NCBI GenBank assembly: GCA_963812745.1
Contig: CAWEWE010000005.1
Coordinates: forward strand, 4,813-68,812
DNA length: 64,000 nucleotides
Origin: an uncultured Chloroflexia bacterium
GTDB taxonomy: Bacteria > Chloroflexota > Limnocylindria > Limnocylindrales > CSP1-4
Direction: 5' to 3'
The notes beneath the pieces are model-generated. The model searched no databases. It saw only the letters and a program-made list of their open reading frames with translations, and was not told where the DNA came from. Below are positions 10,000 through 19,981 of this stretch, piece after piece. The translations under genes and the position numbers were made by a program. Within the stretch, counting starts at the first letter, position 1. Each line of letters starts with the position of its first letter.

Positions 10000-10509
10000 T
10001 TGCGCCGCGTTCAAGAGAACGGTTCTACACTGCGCGGCACGGACGTTCGCTTTGCAACGGAGGATCGATGCAGCGACGAGGGGTCTGGAGACGACGGTTG
10101 TACGCGCGCCGTGGCCACGCTGGCCGTCGGCGGGCTGATCGGTTTCCTCGTGCCCACGATCGTCGCCGACTTCTCGACGAAGCCTGACGCCCAGGCCCGG
10201 ACCGCGGAATCGCCCGTCGCGCGCCAGTTCATCACGGCGTACGTCTCCGACGACCAGGCGACCCTCGACCTCCTCGGGATCGATGCAGCGACGAAGGCCA
10301 AGTCGGCGAGGGTCAAGGCCGAGTACATCAAGGTCGATCCACCGATCCACCTCGGTTCCTTCGTCATCGGCAGCGGCCTCACGCTCCATGGCTACGTGTC
10401 CGATGTCGTCGACAACGAGGGTGCCCAGCATCAGCTCGCCTGGCGCGTCGTCACGGGCGCGGGGGAAGTCCAGTTGGTCCCGCCACCGCCACGGGTGACG
10501 ACGCCATGA
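10000..10509 (+). CDS. Hypothetical membrane-anchored protein (N-terminal TM helix, NTF2-like C-terminal region)
   Basis: ORF with a TM segment (VATLAVGGLIGFLVPTIVADF). I recognise no catalytic motifs. Confidence 0.45.
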   Translation: MRRVQENGSTLRGTDVRFATEDRCSDEGSGDDGCTRAVATLAVGGLIGFLVPTIVADFSTKPDAQARTAESPVARQFITAYVSDDQATLDLLGIDAATKAKSARVKAEYIKVDPPIHLGSFVIGSGLTLHGYVSDVVDNEGAQHQLAWRVVTGAGEVQLVPPPPRVTTP

Positions 10510-10664
10510 CGAGTGATGCCATCCGGCAGCCCGGCGAGCCCGCTCGCCCCGCGCCCGACGCGGACGATCCGGCCACGACGCCGGCCGAAGAGGCGGCTCG
10601 CGGACAGCCATGACTGCGACCGCCGAGGCTGCCGACCGCAGAGCTTGTCGCTTCGGCGGACGCG

Positions 10665-11195
10665 GTGACGCCGGCAGAGACCGTCACCACCGCCGAGGCC
10701 GTTGCGGCGACCCAGGCCGCGGCCGCTGACGCGCCTGCAGTTTCCGGTCCGCGCCGGCGGGAACGCGCGGCGGTCTTCATGCGGCGGTTCGCCGTGTTCG
10801 CGCTCGCGGTCGCGCTCCTGGTCGGTGGTGTCGTGCTTGGTTCCGTGATCTTCCAGCGGGCGCGCCCGGCGGCCGACGTCGTCCCGGCGGGCCAGGTCGG
10901 AACCACAGCGGAGCAACCGGCCCTCGTCGCGCAGGAGTTCATCGGGGCACTGCGGGCCAATGACTTCGATGCCATGCGCTCAGCGATGCAGCCGGAAGCG
11001 GCGCTCCACTTCAACGATGAGATCGAGCGGCGGGGTGTCATGACGATCGACAAGGTCGAGGTGCTCGGCACGCACGTGTCCGGTCAACAGTCCGCGACCG
11101 AGATCCTGATGCAGTACCAGAACGACCAGGATCTCCCGTTGTCGATCAACCTGGTCATCCTGGTGGATGGCGGAAAGATCGAGGGCTTCCGATGA
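10665..11195 (+). CDS. Hypothetical membrane-anchored NTF2-like/SnoaL-like protein
   Basis: GTG start, TM helix (FAVFALAVALLVGGVVLGSVIF) and an AQEFIGALRANDFDAMRSAM fold pattern. The stop overlaps the start of the downstream FtsH-like gene. Confidence 0.5.
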   Translation: MTPAETVTTAEAVAATQAAAADAPAVSGPRRRERAAVFMRRFAVFALAVALLVGGVVLGSVIFQRARPAADVVPAGQVGTTAEQPALVAQEFIGALRANDFDAMRSAMQPEAALHFNDEIERRGVMTIDKVEVLGTHVSGQQSATEILMQYQNDQDLPLSINLVILVDGGKIEGFR

Positions 11196-13154
11196 CGGCC
11201 GTCCGGAACTTCTTCGGCCACCTGGGCTTCGTGTGGAACAAGAACCTGTTCCGGCTGCTCATCGCCCTGGCGGTGGTCACGGCGCTCATCGCCTCGAGCG
11301 GCACGGTCGCGTTCCTCCAGGACGTGGCCGGCGTCATCGGCGCGGCCCCGGCCTTCGCCCTCCAACTGTCCTTCGCCGCCTTCTACCTGATCATCCAGTT
11401 CGGCTTCCTGTTCTGGTTCCTGTCGCGGCCTCGCAAGTACGTGGTAACACCCGACGACAAGCAGATCGGGATGTCCTTTGCCGACTACCGTGGCCAGCCC
11501 GACCTGCTCGAACACGCCAAGATGACGGTCGGGATCCTCAAGGGCGTCAAGGAATTCGAGTTGCGCGGCGGCGAGATGCCGCGCGGCATGCTCCTCTCGG
11601 GAGCCCCGGGCACCGGCAAGACGTTCCTCGCCGCGGTCATCGCGGCCGAGGCCGAGCTGCCGTTCATCTACATCGACGCGAGCTCGATCCGCGGCATGTT
11701 CTGGGGCATGACCGAGATGATGATCATGAAGCTCTTCCGGGATGCCCGCGGGCTCGGTCGGAAGTACGCCCCACCCGGCCAGCGCGGCGCCTGCATCGTG
11801 TTCATGGACGAGATCGACTCGATCGGCATGAACCGGGGCGGCCAGAGCAGCGGCGGCATGATGATGGGCGGGATGATGATGGGGGGGAGCCAGGGCCTGA
11901 ACACCCTGCTCAACCAGATGGACTCGCTGGCCGGCCTGGTCGAGGATCGCTGGCGGTACAAGCTCCTGCGCTGGTTCGGCCTCGTGCGCGGGCCGGTCAC
12001 CGACAAGCCGTTGGTGTTCATCATCGGAGCGACCAACCGGCCAGAAGTGCTCGATCCGGCACTCATCCGGCCAGGCCGGCTGGACCGGATGATCGTCGTC
12101 CACGAGCCCGACGCCGACGGTCGGCGCGACATCATCGAGCACTACTTGTCGAAGAAGCAGCACGATCCGGACATCCCGATGGACCTGCTGCTGACCGACT
12201 CGATGGGCTGGACCCCGATCATGATCAAGACGATCATCAACGAGGCCCTCATCCATGCCCACCAGGACGGTCGCGAGTTCCTGACCTATAAGGACTGGCT
12301 CGACGCCGCCGACGAGCGGACGATGGGCCTCAAGCAGCCGATCCGATCGTGGAACCTGACCGACCGTCGCGAGACGGCGTACCACGAAGCAGGGCACGCG
12401 GTCGCCGCGCGCTACCTGCGGCCCTCGTACCGCATCTCCAAGGCGACGATCATCCGGCGCGGGCACGCGCTTGGGCTACGTCCAGCAGAAGCCGCTCGAA
12501 GAGCGGACGTCGATGTACGCGCGCTGGATCGAGACCCAGATCATGGTCTCGCTGGCGGGCCACGTGGTGGAGAACAAGTTCCTCGATACGTTGTCGACCG
12601 GACCTTCGAGCGACCTTGCGAGTGCCACGGGCAGCGCGATCCTGTACGTCACCCGGTTCGGCATGGGGCCGACCAAGATCATCGCCCCGCTCCAGCCCAA
12701 TCAGCTGCCGCCCGCGCCGTTCGTGGTCGCGGCGCACGAGATGCTCGACGACCTGTACGCCGAGACCGAGCGACTGCTCCGAGAGAAGGAACCGGCGATC
12801 CACCACCTGGCCAAGGCACTGATCGAGCGCGACGAGCTGATCGGCGAGGAGCTCGAGGAGGTGTTCGCCGAGGTCGAGCGGTCGCATCCCGAGCTGCTCG
12901 ACAAGTTCGAGCGGAAGATCATCCCGTTCCGCGACTTCGCGCCGCACGAGCGCACGAACGGCGAAGGCTGGGTGCCGCCCGCAACGGGGCAGCAGGAAGC
13001 CGCGTCCGACGCGCCGGCGGCAAGTCTGCCAGGCTGGACCCCGCCGGTCCGCGGCTCGTCGCGGGACCGGTCCGGCAGTGCCGATGGCCCGGGCGACGGC
13101 CCGGGCATGCCGACCGACATCGTCCCGCCCTGGGCGATCCCGCCCCGGCACTAG
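11192..13154 (+). CDS. FtsH-family AAA+ ATPase / M41 zinc metalloprotease paralog, with one frameshift
   Basis: Two N-terminal TM helices, Walker A (GAPGTGKT), Walker B (IVFMDEIDS), second region of homology (ATNRPEVLDPALIRPGRLDR) and HEAGHAV zinc motif. A single-base insertion near 12470 is followed by a C-terminal helical domain in the next frame. Confidence 0.75.
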
Positions 13155-13423
13155 GATCGGGGAGGACCGGGGGACGCAGCTCGTCCGCCGCCCCCGACCA
13201 TGAAGTACGCGCGTGGCTACAGCCTTGCGGCCGCCCTGGACGTGATTCGGCCCTGATCCAGGGTTCCTGCGCTGCGGGTCGTGCAGGCTGAGCCCCGCGG
13301 ACGCCCGGGATGCCTGTTGGTTCGTCGCGCAAGGATGCCGTGATGCACATCCGGCATGGTCGTCGCGGAGCGCCGCGGGTCCTGATAAGCAGCAGGTGAG
13401 TGGCCGGCGACAGACTCGGAGCC

Positions 13424-14158
13424 ATGGATGCCCTGCAGCGATGCGGCGCCACGTTCCGAGCGGTGCGCATCAAGCGCGGTTGGCGGCAGATCGACGTGGC
13501 AGTCCGTGCGCGGGTCGATCGGTCGGTCATCTCGAACATCGAGCGTGGCCATCTGGAGCATGTCGCGATCGGGACGCTACTGAATATCGCCCGGGTGCTC
13601 GAGATCCAGGTCGGGTTGACGACTCGATGGCGCGGCGGCGATCTGGATCGACTGATCTCCGCTCGACACTCCGGTTTCCACGAGGCCGTGGCCCGGTGGT
13701 TCGCGACGGATCTTCCCGATTGGATCCTGGCACCTGAGGTGTCGTACTCGATCTTCGGGGAGCGCGGTGTCATCGACATCCTTGCGTGGCACCCGACTCG
13801 CCGGGCACTGCTCGTGATCGAGCTCAAGACGGAGATCGTCGACGTGAACGACCTCGTCGGCTCGATGGATCGGCGGCAACGTCTCGCGCGGCAGATCGCT
13901 CGCGACCGGGGCTGGGAGCCGCGAACGGTGTCGGTATGGGTGTTGGTCGCGGACGGCCGGACCAATCGGACGCGGCTCGCGACGCATCGAGCCATGTTGC
14001 GGAACGCCTTCCCGGTCGATGGTCGCTCCATCATGGGGTGGCTTCGTCGGCCATCGACGGAGATCCGCGCGCTCTCTCTGTGGAGTCGAGGCGACACGGC
14101 CACGTCGCAGGGTGGGTTTGCCATCCGACACCGAGTGCGAGGGCCCCGCGGCGCCTAG
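13424..14158 (+). CDS. XRE-family HTH protein fused to a PD-(D/E)xK nuclease-like C-terminal domain
   Basis: HTH (WRQIDVAVRARVDRSVISNIERG). Downstream lies an E...GVIDILAWHP...LLVIELKTEI (E / D / E-x-K) arrangement. The start could instead be GTG 13400. Confidence 0.55.
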   Translation: MDALQRCGATFRAVRIKRGWRQIDVAVRARVDRSVISNIERGHLEHVAIGTLLNIARVLEIQVGLTTRWRGGDLDRLISARHSGFHEAVARWFATDLPDWILAPEVSYSIFGERGVIDILAWHPTRRALLVIELKTEIVDVNDLVGSMDRRQRLARQIARDRGWEPRTVSVWVLVADGRTNRTRLATHRAMLRNAFPVDGRSIMGWLRRPSTEIRALSLWSRGDTATSQGGFAIRHRVRGPRGA

Positions 14159-14380
14159 CGACCATGCACGACGCGCATCACTACAGCCTTCCGACGACCC
14201 GGGCGAGGCGGATACGGCTCTACTGGCCGCATCGAACTATGCAGAACGCGGCGAGGGCGCACCTATGTCCAGTTCGCGAGGCGGACGCCGACCGGAAGGT
14301 GGCGCTCATCCACGTACTTCACGATCGCGGCGGGGCGGCAGGGCGGCGGGGCGGCGAGGACGCCCCGGGCTGACCGCCGC

Positions 14381-15241
14381 CTACAGGTCGCGGCTGCGCA
14401 GCGAGAGGACCGCGAGGGCGAGGACCGCCACGATCCAGATCACGCTCCACGCCAGGAACATCGTGGGCGGCGGCGTCGATGCGAAGAACGGGTTGGAATC
14501 GGCGGCCTCGCCGGCGGCGGTGGTCGCACCGGCGATGATCACCGACGGCTCGAGGCTGTAGATCGTCCCCCGCCACAACCCGTCGCTCGGCAGGAGCCAG
14601 CGCGATGCCTCGGCCGCGGCCACAAGAGGTCCCGCATCGAAGAACCTGCCGATCCCCGCGAACACGCCGGCCATCCAGCCGAGCCCGAACAACACGACGC
14701 AGATCGCGCCGCCGGCGATGGCCGGGAGCCGCGTGCTCAACAGCATCGCGAACGTCAGCAGCACGACGGCCTGCGCGGCGAGGAAGCCGACCGCGAGCAA
14801 CGGCTGCGGCGGCGCGTAACCGGACACGAACCGCACCGCCGCGATCTCCAGCAACCCGGACGCCGCAGCGTACGCCGCGATCACGACGACCAACCCCAGC
14901 CACCGACCGACGACGAGGTCGGCTCGCCGGATCGGCCGGGCGAGCATCGCGTGCGCCACGCCCGACTCGAGGTCCGCCGCGATCGCCGGCGCCCCAAGGA
15001 ACGCCGCGGTCATCGCCAGCACGAAGCTGAACATGAAGGCCACGAGGATCAGGACCTGGGACACCCCGACGGCGATCTCGAGGTCGGTCGTGGTCCCTTC
15101 TCGTGCGAGCGTCACCAAACGCTCGATACCCCAGGTCGTCAGCGCCACGCTGACCACGGTGAGCGCGAGCAGGACCGCGAGGATCCGCCGTCGCGAGGTC
15201 TCGGCGACGGTGAGACGCGCGATGATCAGGATCGCCCTCAC
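14381..15241 (-). CDS. ABC-2 family exporter permease
   Basis: Six-TM hydrophobic ORF whose start overlaps the stop of the upstream ATPase gene. Confidence 0.65.
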   Translation of the reverse strand: MRAILIIARLTVAETSRRRILAVLLALTVVSVALTTWGIERLVTLAREGTTTDLEIAVGVSQVLILVAFMFSFVLAMTAAFLGAPAIAADLESGVAHAMLARPIRRADLVVGRWLGLVVVIAAYAAASGLLEIAAVRFVSGYAPPQPLLAVGFLAAQAVVLLTFAMLLSTRLPAIAGGAICVVLFGLGWMAGVFAGIGRFFDAGPLVAAAEASRWLLPSDGLWRGTIYSLEPSVIIAGATTAAGEAADSNPFFASTPPPTMFLAWSVIWIVAVLALAVLSLRSRDL

Positions 15242-16170
15242 CGGCCGCTCCCGTCCCCGACGACCCGCATGAACAGGTCCTCCAGCGTGGCCCGGCCGGC
15301 GTCGACCGCGTGCACGCGACCGCCCGCCGCCACGATGGCCGCGACGACGTCCGGGATCGTGTCGTCGCCCACCCCGCCGACCGTCACCCAGCCCTCGTCG
15401 TCGACCTCGACGGAGCCGAACCGGTCGAGTCGGTCGACCGCGTCCGGCGGCAGGTCGGTGACGCGGATGCGCACGATCGCCTCACCAAGCAGGTCATCGA
15501 TCCGGCCGCTCGCCAGCACCCGCCCCTTGTCGATGATCGCGACGCGGTCGCAGACACGCTCGACCTCGGTCAGCAGGTGGCTGTTCAGGAACACGGTCGA
15601 GCCCGCCTCGGCCGCCCGGCGGACGATCGACCGCACGTCCGCCCTGCCGACCGGATCGAGCGCCGACGTCGGCTCGTCGAGGATGACCAGGCGTGGCGCG
15701 CCGATGAGGGCCACGGCCAGGCCGAGCCGCTGCTGCATGCCCTTCGAGAAGCTGCCGACCGGGTCGTCCGCGCGATCGTCGAGGCCGACTGTCGCCAGCC
15801 CATCCTGGATCGCCGCCGCCGGCAGGGTCGAACCGCCGTCGACCGAGCGAAGTCGCGCGTGCAGCTCGACGACCTCGCGGGCCGTGAGCCAGGGCTGGTA
15901 GCGGAACAGTTCGGGCAGGTACCCGACGTCCCGTCGCGCGGCTCGATCGCCGAGCGGTGCGCCGAGCACGGACCCGCCGCCGCCGGTGGCGCGTGCCAGG
16001 CCGAGCAGCAGCTTGACGGCCGTCGTCTTGCCGGCGCCGTTGGGGCCGAGAAAACCGAAGATCTCGCCGGGTTCGACGCGAAGCGTCAGGTCGACGAGCG
16101 CGTCGGTGTCGCCGTAGCGCTTCGCCAGGCCATGGGTGTCGATGACCGCGCCCGGCGCCTCCGCGGCCAT
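15238..16170 (-). CDS. ABC transporter ATP-binding protein (ABC-2 type)
   Basis: GPNGAGKTT Walker A, LSGGQ-like signature and Walker B ILDEPT. Confidence 0.8.
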   Translation of the reverse strand: MAAEAPGAVIDTHGLAKRYGDTDALVDLTLRVEPGEIFGFLGPNGAGKTTAVKLLLGLARATGGGGSVLGAPLGDRAARRDVGYLPELFRYQPWLTAREVVELHARLRSVDGGSTLPAAAIQDGLATVGLDDRADDPVGSFSKGMQQRLGLAVALIGAPRLVILDEPTSALDPVGRADVRSIVRRAAEAGSTVFLNSHLLTEVERVCDRVAIIDKGRVLASGRIDDLLGEAIVRIRVTDLPPDAVDRLDRFGSVEVDDEGWVTVGGVGDDTIPDVVAAIVAAGGRVHAVDAGRATLEDLFMRVVGDGSGR

Positions 16171-16177
16171 CAGGCCG

Positions 16178-17126
16178 CTAGAGGCCGGAATAGGAGTGCA
16201 GGCCGCTGAACCAGAGTGATCCGGAGTACGTGATCAGCACCATCACGAAGCCGACGACTAGCAGCAGCGCGGCCGGTCGGCCCGCCCACGAGCGCTGGTT
16301 GCGGGCGTGGAGGTAGACCGCGTAGGTGAGCCAGGTGACGAGCGCCGCGGTCTCCTTGGGGTCCCAGCCCCAGTAGCGCGACCAGGCGATCGAGGCCCAC
16401 CACGAGCCGAGGATGATCATCGTCGCGAAGATCGGGAAGCCGATGATGACGGCGCGGTACGCGACCTCGTCGAGCAGCTTGTGCGACGGCAGCCAGCCGA
16501 ACCGATCGTGCTGCCCCTGGATGAGGTACGCGACGCCGGCCGCGAACGAGGTCGCGAAGATCCCGTACGACAGGACCGCCATGCCGACGTGGATCGTCAG
16601 CAGCGGTGGGTTCTGCAGGGCCGGCACCAGCTGCGAGATCTCGCGCGGCAGCGACGACGCGTAGAGCAGCAGCGCCAACGCGACGCCCAGCGGGAGGAAG
16701 CCGATCGAGCGGATCGGATAGCGCCGGGCGAGGAGGGCGAAGCCCGCCACCATCGAGGTTGCGAACGCGACCGTGAACTCGAACATGTTGCCCCACGGCC
16801 CTCGCCCGACCACGATGCCGCGGAGCAGCAACGAGGTCCCGAGGACGACGGCGGCGGCGATCGTCAACCAGGTCGCGACGCGTGTCAGCGGGCTGGGTAA
16901 GGCAGCGACAGTGGATGAACCGTTCGCGCCGCGTGAGCCGTTAGTCACGAACGAACCGGTCACGACACCGGCATACGCCGGGCGCTGCGCGGCCCCCAGT
17001 GCGGGCAGGGCGACCCGTCGTCCGTTCGCCAGCATCACAGCGTGTCCGATGTGTGCCGCGAAGGCGAGCGCGACCAACACGACGCCGATGGGGAAGAGGA
17101 GCGACGAGAGTTCAGCCATGGTCATC
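16178..17126 (-). CDS. ccsA: Cytochrome c assembly protein CcsA/ResC
   Basis: Tryptophan-rich WGWDPKE (WWD) motif in a multi-TM protein. The true start is at MTMAELSS; the longer annotated ORF is a GC-rich run-on. Confidence 0.75.
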
Positions 17127-17196
17127 TCTGCGTGGACGTTCGGCGCGGGTCCGGAGTTGCGGCCGGGCTGCTGCCACGACCGAGGTCGCGCCGGCC

Positions 17197-17679
17197 TCAG
17201 GCCACGGCGGCGCCTCCCGGCTTGGGGCCGACCTTGCTCCCGAGCGGGACCGGCCGGGCCTTCACGTTGAGCACCAGCCCGCAGTTCGTGCAGGTATCGA
17301 TGGCGGCGGGCCGGCCGAGGCCGCACATCGGGCAGATAACCGACAGCTCCTCCCCGCCACGATCGCAGCGGACCGTGCCGGTCGGGAAGATGAGGCCGTG
17401 CGTGCGGCAGAACGGGTGACCGGGCGGGAAGATCGGCTGGCCGTCGGCGCCGATGCTGGCGACCTGCGGCCCTTCCTCGACCTTGAGCTTCGCGCGTGGC
17501 TTGGTGATCTGGTACCCGAGGATCCCGAGCAGCGTGAAGGTGACCAGCGGACCGATGACGCCGAGGAAGATCAGGAGCGGCATCAGGCCGATCACCGAGC
17601 TCCAGTCCGGGATCACGAACATCTCGGTGATGTCGAGGATCGTGTTCCAGAGCCCGTTGAGGGCGTCGATGACGTTCAC
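17197..17679 (-). CDS. Hypothetical membrane protein with C-terminal Cys-rich (zinc-ribbon-like) region
   Basis: TM helix plus a CPMCG...CTNCG motif. It overlaps the upstream NYN gene by 4 nt. Confidence 0.45.
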   Translation of the reverse strand: MNVIDALNGLWNTILDITEMFVIPDWSSVIGLMPLLIFLGVIGPLVTFTLLGILGYQITKPRAKLKVEEGPQVASIGADGQPIFPPGHPFCRTHGLIFPTGTVRCDRGGEELSVICPMCGLGRPAAIDTCTNCGLVLNVKARPVPLGSKVGPKPGGAAVA

Positions 17680-18254
17680 GACGGCATGCTACCCGACGAG
17701 GGTCGGCGGCGACGCGGGTTCCCTCGCTTCGTAGTAGCGCCGCGGCCCGGCTTCCATGGGACGCGGTCCGGGTCGTCGTCGCTCGCGGGCGTTGGCCGTG
17801 CTGGCGGCCGGCGGTTCCCGACCGACGGCGCCGATAGCCGCGCCCGATCGAGTCGACCGAGCAGCCACGCCGTACCCGCGGTCCGAGCACCCATCGCCTG
17901 GACCGCGGTGCGCAGGCCGCGGTCGTCGGTGACGACGAGCAGCCCGGCCACCGCGCCGGCTCCGGCGACTGCCCGAGCCTGATCGACGAGACCGAGGATC
18001 AGATCGTCGGCCGAGCGACGGCCGGCGTGCCGGACGATCAGGCCGGTCGCGATGCGCTCGCCGCGGAGGCCGGGCTCCGGCGCCCCATCGAACACGAGCT
18101 CGATCCCGACCGAGGCGGGGATCATCGCGCGGAGTCGACCGATGAGCGCGGCCGGCGGCACTCGCTCGCCACCACCGGCGAGGGCAGGCAGGAGGTTCGA
18201 GCCGTCGACGATGAGTCGATCGGTGGCGGCCAGGGGATCGCGCGAGGTCGGCAC
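17676..18254 (-). CDS. NYN-domain (YacP-like) predicted RNA-binding/nuclease protein
   Basis: LIVDGSNLL motif at the N-terminus, typical of YacP/NYN proteins. Confidence 0.55.
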   Translation of the reverse strand: MPTSRDPLAATDRLIVDGSNLLPALAGGGERVPPAALIGRLRAMIPASVGIELVFDGAPEPGLRGERIATGLIVRHAGRRSADDLILGLVDQARAVAGAGAVAGLLVVTDDRGLRTAVQAMGARTAGTAWLLGRLDRARLSAPSVGNRRPPARPTPASDDDPDRVPWKPGRGATTKRGNPRRRRPSSGSMPS

Positions 18255-18313
18255 GGGCGAATCGTACGCGCGCGGCGGGCCGCGGCTACGATCGGGCGCG
18301 TGAGCCTGCCCTC

Positions 18314-19161
18314 GTGAGCCTGCTGCTGCTCGTCGACCTCGACGGCGTCGTGTACCGCGGTGCCGAGCCCGTGCCGGGCGTGGCCGAGGTCCTGGCCGAT
18401 CGCGCGTCGCGTGGCGACGACGTCGTCTACGTCACCAACAACTCGATGCACTACCGGGCCGACTACGTGACCCGGCTGGGATCGATGGGTTGCCCGGTCT
18501 CCGCGGGGCGGATCGTGTCCTCGTCCCGGGCGACGGCGCTGCATCCTCGTGCAACCACGAGCCGGGGATCCGCCGCGTGCTTGCAGTCGGTGCGGGTGGA
18601 CTGGAACGCGAGCTGCGCGACGTCGGGCTCGATGTCGTGACGGCGGGGCATGCTGCGACGCGGATGCACCAGGAAGGCATCGATGGCTGGACCGCGGCGG
18701 GTGCCCCCGACGCCGTGGTGACCGGCCTCGACCCGAACCTGACGTACCTGCGCCTGGCGGCGGCCGCCGATTGTGTCCGTGCCGGGGCGCAGTTCATCGC
18801 CACCAACCGGGATCCGGTCTATCCGACCGAGCGCGGCTTGCGACCGGGGGCCGGTGCGATCGCTGCGGCGCTCGAAGCATCGACCGGGGTCACGCCGCTG
18901 ACGATCGGCAAGCCCGAGCCGCATCTGTTCGAGCCGGCGGCCGAGGCCGTCGGACGAACGCCGGGCGAGGCGATCGTGATCGGCGACGCGATCTCGACCG
19001 ACCTGGCCGGCGCGAAGGCCATCGGCGCCCGAAGCATCCTGATGCTCACCGGCATCAGCACTGCGGACCAGGTCGAGGCGCTCTCAGAGGCTGAGCGACC
19101 GGACGCGGTCGCGGCCGACGCTGCTGAGCTCGCGGCCGCGATCGATCGGCTCGCGGGCTAG
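18314..19161 (+). CDS. HAD-superfamily hydrolase, subfamily IIA (NagD-like phosphatase), one frameshift
   Basis: DLDGVVYRG motif I, a GKPEP motif and a DxxxTD motif. The frame changes near 18535. Confidence 0.7.
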
Positions 19162-19198
19162 CTCGGAACCTGAACCGACGGCGTCGCGTCAGCCGACC

Positions 19199-19975
19199 AT
19201 GCAACGCCTCCGGTTGCTCGGGGTCGCTCTCACGCTCGTCCTGGGTGCCTGCGCCACGAGCGCATCGAGCCCTGACGGAGCGGGACCGGTCGATGTGACC
19301 GGTGACTGGCAGGTGACGTCGGGCACGATCGATGGAGTGGTGTTGGCCGTCGCGGATGACGCCCCGATCACGCTCACGGTCAAGGGGACCGAGATCACCG
19401 GACGATCGGCGTGCAATACCTATGGCGGCGGCATCGAGTTCGAGGAGGGGCGACCCCAATTCGCGCTCACGTACATGACGCAGATGGCCTGTGCCGAGCC
19501 GGTCATGGCCGTCGAGGCGGCATTCACTGCGGCGCTGCCACGCGTCGTTGACGCGGCACGTGACGGCGATCGATTGACGCTGACAGGCCCCGGCGTCGAG
19601 CTGACGTTCGATCGCCTGCCGCCGGTCCCGGTGGCCGCGCTGATCGGGACCGATTGGGCGCTCGAGTCGCTGATCTCGGGTGATGCCGTTTCGAGCGTGG
19701 CCGGTGAGCCGGCGACGTTGCGTCTCGAGGCGGACGGGACGTTCAACGGGTCGACCGGATGCCGGACCTTCAAAGGACGCTGGGTCGAGGCGAACGGCGG
19801 GATCACGCCGACCGACCTCGGCATGGAAGGCGAGTGCCCGCCGGAGCTCACGGAGCAGGACCGGCATGTGGTCGGCGTGCTCGAGGGCTTCCGGGTCTCG
19901 ATCGATGGCGACGCGCTGACGCTCACCGGCAAGCGTGGCGAGGGTCTCAGCTATCGGGCGGTTCTACCGAACTGA
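19199..19975 (+). CDS. Lipoprotein with two META (HslJ-like, DUF306) domains
   Basis: Lipobox LGACAT. It contains the duplicated CNTYGG and GCRTFKG motifs characteristic of META domains. Confidence 0.65.
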   Translation: MQRLRLLGVALTLVLGACATSASSPDGAGPVDVTGDWQVTSGTIDGVVLAVADDAPITLTVKGTEITGRSACNTYGGGIEFEEGRPQFALTYMTQMACAEPVMAVEAAFTAALPRVVDAARDGDRLTLTGPGVELTFDRLPPVPVAALIGTDWALESLISGDAVSSVAGEPATLRLEADGTFNGSTGCRTFKGRWVEANGGITPTDLGMEGECPPELTEQDRHVVGVLEGFRVSIDGDALTLTGKRGEGLSYRAVLPN

Positions 19976-19981
19976 CGCGCG

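Noticed and set aside
16178-17890. 570-aa ORF that would extend ccsA far upstream.
   Set aside because: Only the C-terminal 316 aa, from MTMAELSS onward, look like CcsA; the upstream part is a low-complexity run-on.
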